Position numbers and translations under genes: made by a program
In this document: positions 59,615 to 64,000 of the stretch, in pieces
Position numbering within the stretch: the stretch's first letter is position 1
Layout of the letters: each line of letters opens with the position of its first letter
Notes under the pieces: generated by a model
Seen by the model: only the letters and a program-made list of their open reading frames with translations
What the model was told of the DNA's origin: nothing
The model's database searches: none
From: Marispirochaeta sp.
GTDB lineage: Bacteria; Spirochaetota; Spirochaetia; JC444; Marispirochaetaceae
Length of the DNA stretch: 64,000 bases
Direction: 5' to 3'
Assembly (NCBI GenBank): GCA_963676835.2
Contig: CAXXFF010000003.1
Location: 256,001-320,000 of the forward strand

Positions 59615-60979
59615 ATGAAAAGATATGTAAGTATTATATTGCTTCCAAGCATTCTTGTTCTGCTTTTTTCCTGTGCTAAAGAACAATCTGCAGCTGAATC
59701 TGTATCCGGATTGCAGGAAAAGCCGGGCGAAATATTAACAATCATGCTCAACCAGCATCCATACGCCGATGCAATCATTATGAAATTTTCCGATTTCAAA
59801 GAAAAAACCGGTATTGATGTACGTTTCACCGTTACGCCCGAATCAGAATATTTTGACAAATTAACAAGTAATCTTATCAGAGAGAATTCAAGTCCCGATG
59901 TATTTATGACCGGGGTATATCAGGTTTGGGATTATTCCGTAGAAGGCCATCTTGAACCCTTGGATGAGTATATTGCAGACACGAGCAAAACTTCCGAAGA
60001 CTACAATCCCGAGGATTTCTTTCCCAATGTTCTGAATGCTTTCAGATGGGACATGAAAGAAGGACATCCTGTCGGATCAGGACCACTCTGGGCGATTCCA
60101 CTCGGTTTTGAACAGTATGTGCTGGCGTACAACACCAGGATTTTTTCCGAAGAAAGCCTTGCTCCGCCAAAAACAATGGAAGAACTGCTTTCCGTATGTT
60201 CCACTCTAAGAGAAAGGCGGACGGATATTTATCCTCTGGCTGTCCGAGGTTCCCTCAACTGGGCAACAATCCACCCTGGGTTTATGACAACCTTTGCCAA
60301 CTATGGTGCATCCGATTTTATTGTTGAAAATGGCCACCTTAAATCACAAATAAACTCACCCCAATCGAAAAATATGATAAAAGAGTGGATGAAGCTTATA
60401 CAGACAGGGGGTTCTCCTTTCTGGTCCAGTTATACATGGTATGAAGCCAGCTCGGATTTCGGAGCCGGAAAAGCGGCAATGCTCTTCGATGCCGACATAG
60501 TAAGTTACTTTCAATCTCCCGCCGGGGCATCACTGGAAGCGGGAAACATTTCCTGGGTCCCCGCACCCATCCCGGAAAACCTTCACCCCGATAACCGGCG
60601 TTCTAATCTCTGGGTCTGGGGCCTTGCAATGAACAGTCACAGTCAGAACAAATCCGACGCCTGGAAGTTTATTGAGTATTTTACATCACGTGATTTTTTA
60701 CTCTGGGGCGCAATTAACGAGAAAATGGTTGATCCTCCCAGAAAGAGTATCTTTGAAAATTCAGAGTTCCAGGACGTAATAAAGGGTGCTAAAGGATACC
60801 TGGAAACATTTAATGAAACCATAAACGGAACAGGCATTCTTTTTACTCCTCATTCCAATTTTTTTGATGTTACCACAGAGTGGTCTGCAGTGCTGAGAAG
60901 CCTGACAGGAAAAACTGAAAGAGAAATAGACCAGGTTCTCGATAATTTTGCTGATACGCTTAACCGGAATATGCCCTGA
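59615..60979 (+). CDS. Carbohydrate ABC-type solute-binding lipoprotein
   Basis: LLFSC lipobox, FKEKTGIDV, PDVFM, FGAGKAAM, WGLAMNSHS. Confidence 0.85.
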   Translation: MKRYVSIILLPSILVLLFSCAKEQSAAESVSGLQEKPGEILTIMLNQHPYADAIIMKFSDFKEKTGIDVRFTVTPESEYFDKLTSNLIRENSSPDVFMTGVYQVWDYSVEGHLEPLDEYIADTSKTSEDYNPEDFFPNVLNAFRWDMKEGHPVGSGPLWAIPLGFEQYVLAYNTRIFSEESLAPPKTMEELLSVCSTLRERRTDIYPLAVRGSLNWATIHPGFMTTFANYGASDFIVENGHLKSQINSPQSKNMIKEWMKLIQTGGSPFWSSYTWYEASSDFGAGKAAMLFDADIVSYFQSPAGASLEAGNISWVPAPIPENLHPDNRRSNLWVWGLAMNSHSQNKSDAWKFIEYFTSRDFLLWGAINEKMVDPPRKSIFENSEFQDVIKGAKGYLETFNETINGTGILFTPHSNFFDVTTEWSAVLRSLTGKTEREIDQVLDNFADTLNRNMP

Positions 60980-61202
60980 AGCCACCCTTTGTCGAGAGTT
61001 AACAATATCTTACACTGAGGTATATAAGATTACCTAATTGAAATATGTCCGGTAGTTTTTTACAGAGAAGTTAAATAAAAAGAGTAAAAACTTCTTCTTT
61101 CCTCCTGCTGCAAAAATCTCCATTTAAAAAAATTTTCGTAATTTGTTTTACTGTAATAATTTACATTGCTTAATATTTTTCTCAGCTTAAAAAAACAGTG
61201 TT

Positions 61203-61218
61203 TGGCCGGGTTTTTGCA
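61203..61218 (+). promoter_or_regulatory. Putative sigma54 promoter
   Basis: TGGCCGGGTTTTTGCA, GG-N10-GC. Confidence 0.6.
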
Positions 61219-61250
61219 CTCTCATAGATAATTTTTGTTAAGGAGGTTTT

Positions 61251-61499
61251 ATGGGACTTAGACAAACATGGGAAAAGATTCTGGAATACGCAAGCTCACC
61301 GCTTCACGGAACATTATCCAGAAAACAGCGATCCGGCGTAAAACTGCAGATTAATGAAAGTGAAGTCTTTCAGAATGCACAGATTTTCCTGGGAGAAGAG
61401 TTTATTCGTATCACCGAGAACAAGGAAGGTGAAACAGTAAACATCTACTACGATTGGGAAAAGGTAAGCTCTATCAAGACTGTAAGCAAAAAAGAGTAG
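61251..61499 (+). CDS. Small hypothetical protein
   Basis: AAGGAGG RBS, 82 aa ORF, downstream hairpin. Confidence 0.75.
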   Translation: MGLRQTWEKILEYASSPLHGTLSRKQRSGVKLQINESEVFQNAQIFLGEEFIRITENKEGETVNIYYDWEKVSSIKTVSKKE

Positions 61500-61507
61500 T
61501 TATTCCC

Positions 61508-61540
61508 GGGGGTCTGGAAATCGAATCCTCCAGACCTCCC
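61508..61540 (+). terminator. Hairpin after the small ORF
   Basis: GGGGGTCTGGA...TCCAGACCTCC. Confidence 0.55.
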
Positions 61541-61705
61541 TTAAAGTTATTTTTCCTTCTTCTATCCTTAATCTTATATGAAGTTTGTTTACATTGAGTA
61601 AACTAAGCCTGTTTGAGATACTTTTTCCAGTACTACCATTTTTCCAAGCAACAATGTATAGTTTCAGCTCTACTGAAATAATAATTTTTCAAAGGAGATT
61701 ATATT

Positions 61706-62722
61706 ATGAGAAAATTAACAGCATTGACAGTACTTGTACTGCTTGCAACCTCTGTACCATCAGTGCTTTTTGCCGGAGGACAGGCAGACACCGCCGCGTC
61801 CGACAAACCTGTTACCCTTAAGCTTGCAGTTGAAAGTGCAGTAGGAACTCCCGGAGACCTGTCCGGTAATGATTTCAAGCGCATTGTTGAAGAAAAATCC
61901 AATGGAATGATTCTTGTTGAGTACTACCCTGCAGGGCAGCTTGGAACCGGTGATGATCTTACAGAAGCAATGCAGACAGGCACCGTGGACATGACCTGGA
62001 GAGCACTTGACTGGTATTCCAAGTTTGAAAACGGCTGGAATGTACTGCTGTTGGGGTTCACCTTTGTCAGCCAGGATCACCTCGCCGCGTTCCTTGAAAG
62101 CGAGAAGCACGCTGAGTTCAAGGACAACCTGATAAAGAAAGCGGGCATTAGAATTGTCGCGGACAACGGCTTCGGGTCTCCCCGGGTTCTTATTTCCAAA
62201 AACCCGGTTACATCACCTGCAGACATGAAAGGCATGAACATGCGGGTCCCCGGAATTGCCATGTATCAGAAAACATGGGGTGCCGTGGGAGTCAATATTG
62301 TCTCCGTACCCTGGGGCGAAGCATATATGTCTCTCAAACAGGGAGTTGCAGATGCACTGGAAGCACCCCTTGGATCAATCTACGGTATGAAATTCCATGA
62401 AGCAGCCAAAAATATTACCATGACCAACCACCTTTACAGCCTCTACGTAATGGGAATCAATGAAAACTCCTTTCAGAAACTGACTCCCGAACTGCAGAAG
62501 GTTCTCATTGATTCCGCCATGGAAGCTGGAGACCTGTATGTAAAGTATGATCAGGAATCTGTTACCAACAGAAAACAGGAAATGCTGGACAGCGGAGTTA
62601 ACTTTATTACCGATTTTGACATAGATGCTTTTCAAGGTAAGATTGTCTCTACCGCAGACAAGCTTGAAGCAGACGGTATGTGGCCCAAAGGACTCTACGC
62701 ATACATTCAGAGCTTAAAATAG
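61706..62722 (+). CDS. dctP: TRAP substrate-binding protein
   Basis: YPAGQLG, DMKGMNMRVP, EAYMSLKQGVADALE. Confidence 0.9.
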   Translation: MRKLTALTVLVLLATSVPSVLFAGGQADTAASDKPVTLKLAVESAVGTPGDLSGNDFKRIVEEKSNGMILVEYYPAGQLGTGDDLTEAMQTGTVDMTWRALDWYSKFENGWNVLLLGFTFVSQDHLAAFLESEKHAEFKDNLIKKAGIRIVADNGFGSPRVLISKNPVTSPADMKGMNMRVPGIAMYQKTWGAVGVNIVSVPWGEAYMSLKQGVADALEAPLGSIYGMKFHEAAKNITMTNHLYSLYVMGINENSFQKLTPELQKVLIDSAMEAGDLYVKYDQESVTNRKQEMLDSGVNFITDFDIDAFQGKIVSTADKLEADGMWPKGLYAYIQSLK

Positions 62723-62733
62723 TCTTTTTATCC

Positions 62734-62761
62734 ACAGCAGCTGAAATAATTCAGCTGCTGT
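62734..62761 (+). terminator. Hairpin after dctP (terminator or mRNA stabiliser)
   Basis: ACAGCAGCTGAA-ATAA-TTCAGCTGCTGT perfect 12-bp stem. Confidence 0.65.
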
Positions 62762-62846
62762 ATCTTTTAAAAAAATCCATTTTATTTAATAATATGCTCC
62801 AATCTGTTTACACCTGTGTTATATCGACAAAAGAAAGGATAGCTGC

Positions 62847-63347
62847 ATGATCCCCGTTATAGAAAAGCTTCAATACCTGATTGTTAAACTCTTTATGGGC
62901 ATAGTGTATATATCTGCAACAATTATTCCGGCATCTCTGTTTATTCAGGTAATATTCAGATATTTTCTTCACAACCCTTTACAGGGGATAGAGGAAATTG
63001 CCGTTCTGAGCTTTAAGTGTCTGGTTATATTCGGCAGCGCCGTACTGTTCAAGGAAAACCAGCATATTGTCGTAGACATGTTTGTACAGAAGTTAACCGA
63101 ACGTGCAAGGAACATTGTATCCCTGCTCAATAACCTTCTAATGGCAGCTATTATTGTTCTGGTAATTCAGAGCAGTATCAACGCTCTCCCCTTTCAGAAA
63201 TTTTATAAATCGGTTATTTTCGGCATCCCAAAATCCCTGTATACCATTATGCTGATAATCAGCCTGTCCTTCATGCTTCTTTCCATTATTTTTTCCCTGC
63301 TTAAACTTGCTGATACGGGTTTTTCCGGTGCTCGAAAAAACAGTTAA
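62847..63347 (+). CDS. dctQ: TRAP transporter small permease
   Basis: QVIFRY, IEEIA, HIVVD, four TM segments. Confidence 0.88.
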   Translation: MIPVIEKLQYLIVKLFMGIVYISATIIPASLFIQVIFRYFLHNPLQGIEEIAVLSFKCLVIFGSAVLFKENQHIVVDMFVQKLTERARNIVSLLNNLLMAAIIVLVIQSSINALPFQKFYKSVIFGIPKSLYTIMLIISLSFMLLSIIFSLLKLADTGFSGARKNS

Positions 63348-64000
63348 AACTGACATTATTGTTGCAGGGGGAGGAATAGCAGGAGTAATTTCTGCGGTCG
63401 CAGCGTCGAAACAGGGATACCGGGTTACCATTGTAGAAAAAACATCCTGTCTCGGCGGAACCGCAACAAGCGCCATGCTGGGCGAGATGAACGCTGCCTA
63501 TTTCAGGGGAAAACCCTTTATTTCCAACACCGGTAAAGAGATAGTTACACAGCTCATGGATCTGGAATCTGCTGTTGTACATGCCGGGGTATCAATGACA
63601 TCGAACCCGTCAATACAGGTAGACAGGGTACGCTACAACAGCGAAATACTGAAGCTTGTCCTCGACTCTATGGTTCAACAGCAGAACATTGATGTTTTCT
63701 TCAACAGTACAATTGATGCTGTAAAAATTTCAGGCTCAAATTCCGTCACAGTCTCATTCGGCACTAATTATGAACGTGTTCGAATACAGGGCAATACTCT
63801 TATTGACGCAAGCGGTAATGCCGACTGTTTCCACCTGCTTGGAGCACCAACTCAAAAACAGCAAAGTGAAAAATCCCAGCCGGTTACTCTTATGTTCAAA
63901 ATCGGCAATGTAGATATTAAATCATTTCGGACCATAACAAAGGACACCATTCAATCCCTGCTGAAAACAGGCTATGAAAAAGCTATTCTTCCGGCAAAAA
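63328..64000 (+). CDS. FAD-dependent oxidoreductase, 3' end off the window
   Basis: Hand translation from GTG 63328: DIIVAGGGIAGVISAVAASKQG...VEKTSCLGGTAT...LIDASGNAD...QPVTLMF. Confidence 0.85.
   Translation, partial: MLEKTVKTDIIVAGGGIAGVISAVAASKQGYRVTIVEKTSCLGGTATSAMLGEMNAAYFRGKPFISNTGKEIVTQLMDLESAVVHAGVSMTSNPSIQVDRVRYNSEILKLVLDSMVQQQNIDVFFNSTIDAVKISGSNSVTVSFGTNYERVRIQGNTLIDASGNADCFHLLGAPTQKQQSEKSQPVTLMFKIGNVDIKSFRTITKDTIQSLLKTGYEKAILPAK

Overview
Chromosomal window from a spirochaete, judged from flaA, the cheA-cheW/R-cheX-cheY order and a spiro-SPASM gene (probably a free-living Spirochaetaceae member). 1-23.5 kb is mostly core genome: a partial MCP, a Nif11-like peptide, a complete class C group II intron behind the tRNA-Val terminator, the chemotaxis operon, two probable outer-membrane proteins, flaA, an amidase, a five-gene spiro-SPASM/GT2/SpsF/SpsG-methyltransferase/ATP-grasp operon, pyrK-pyrD, nth, tRNA-Pro and tRNA-Arg. 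23557-52315 is a ~28.8 kb island at the tRNA-Arg(TCT) 3' end, bounded by an exact 16-bp direct repeat, with no intact integrase. It holds a broken McrA-like HNH gene, one IS3, three IS66 copies each with its own 8-bp target duplication, an AT-rich TRAP sugar-acid catabolic cluster, a decayed exonuclease-RecQ-UvrD fusion, an intact RecQ, an AbiEi/AbiEii pair and an orphan secreted protein. Beyond 52.3 kb lie two lipoproteins, MFS+ArsR, tandem PilZ genes with a sigma54 promoter, a two-component system with a solute-binding protein, and a second TRAP locus. Best candidates for an uncharacterised system: the double-helicase/RecQ/AbiE module and the spiro-SPASM operon upstream of flaA. All protein calls are motif recognition by eye; no searches were run.
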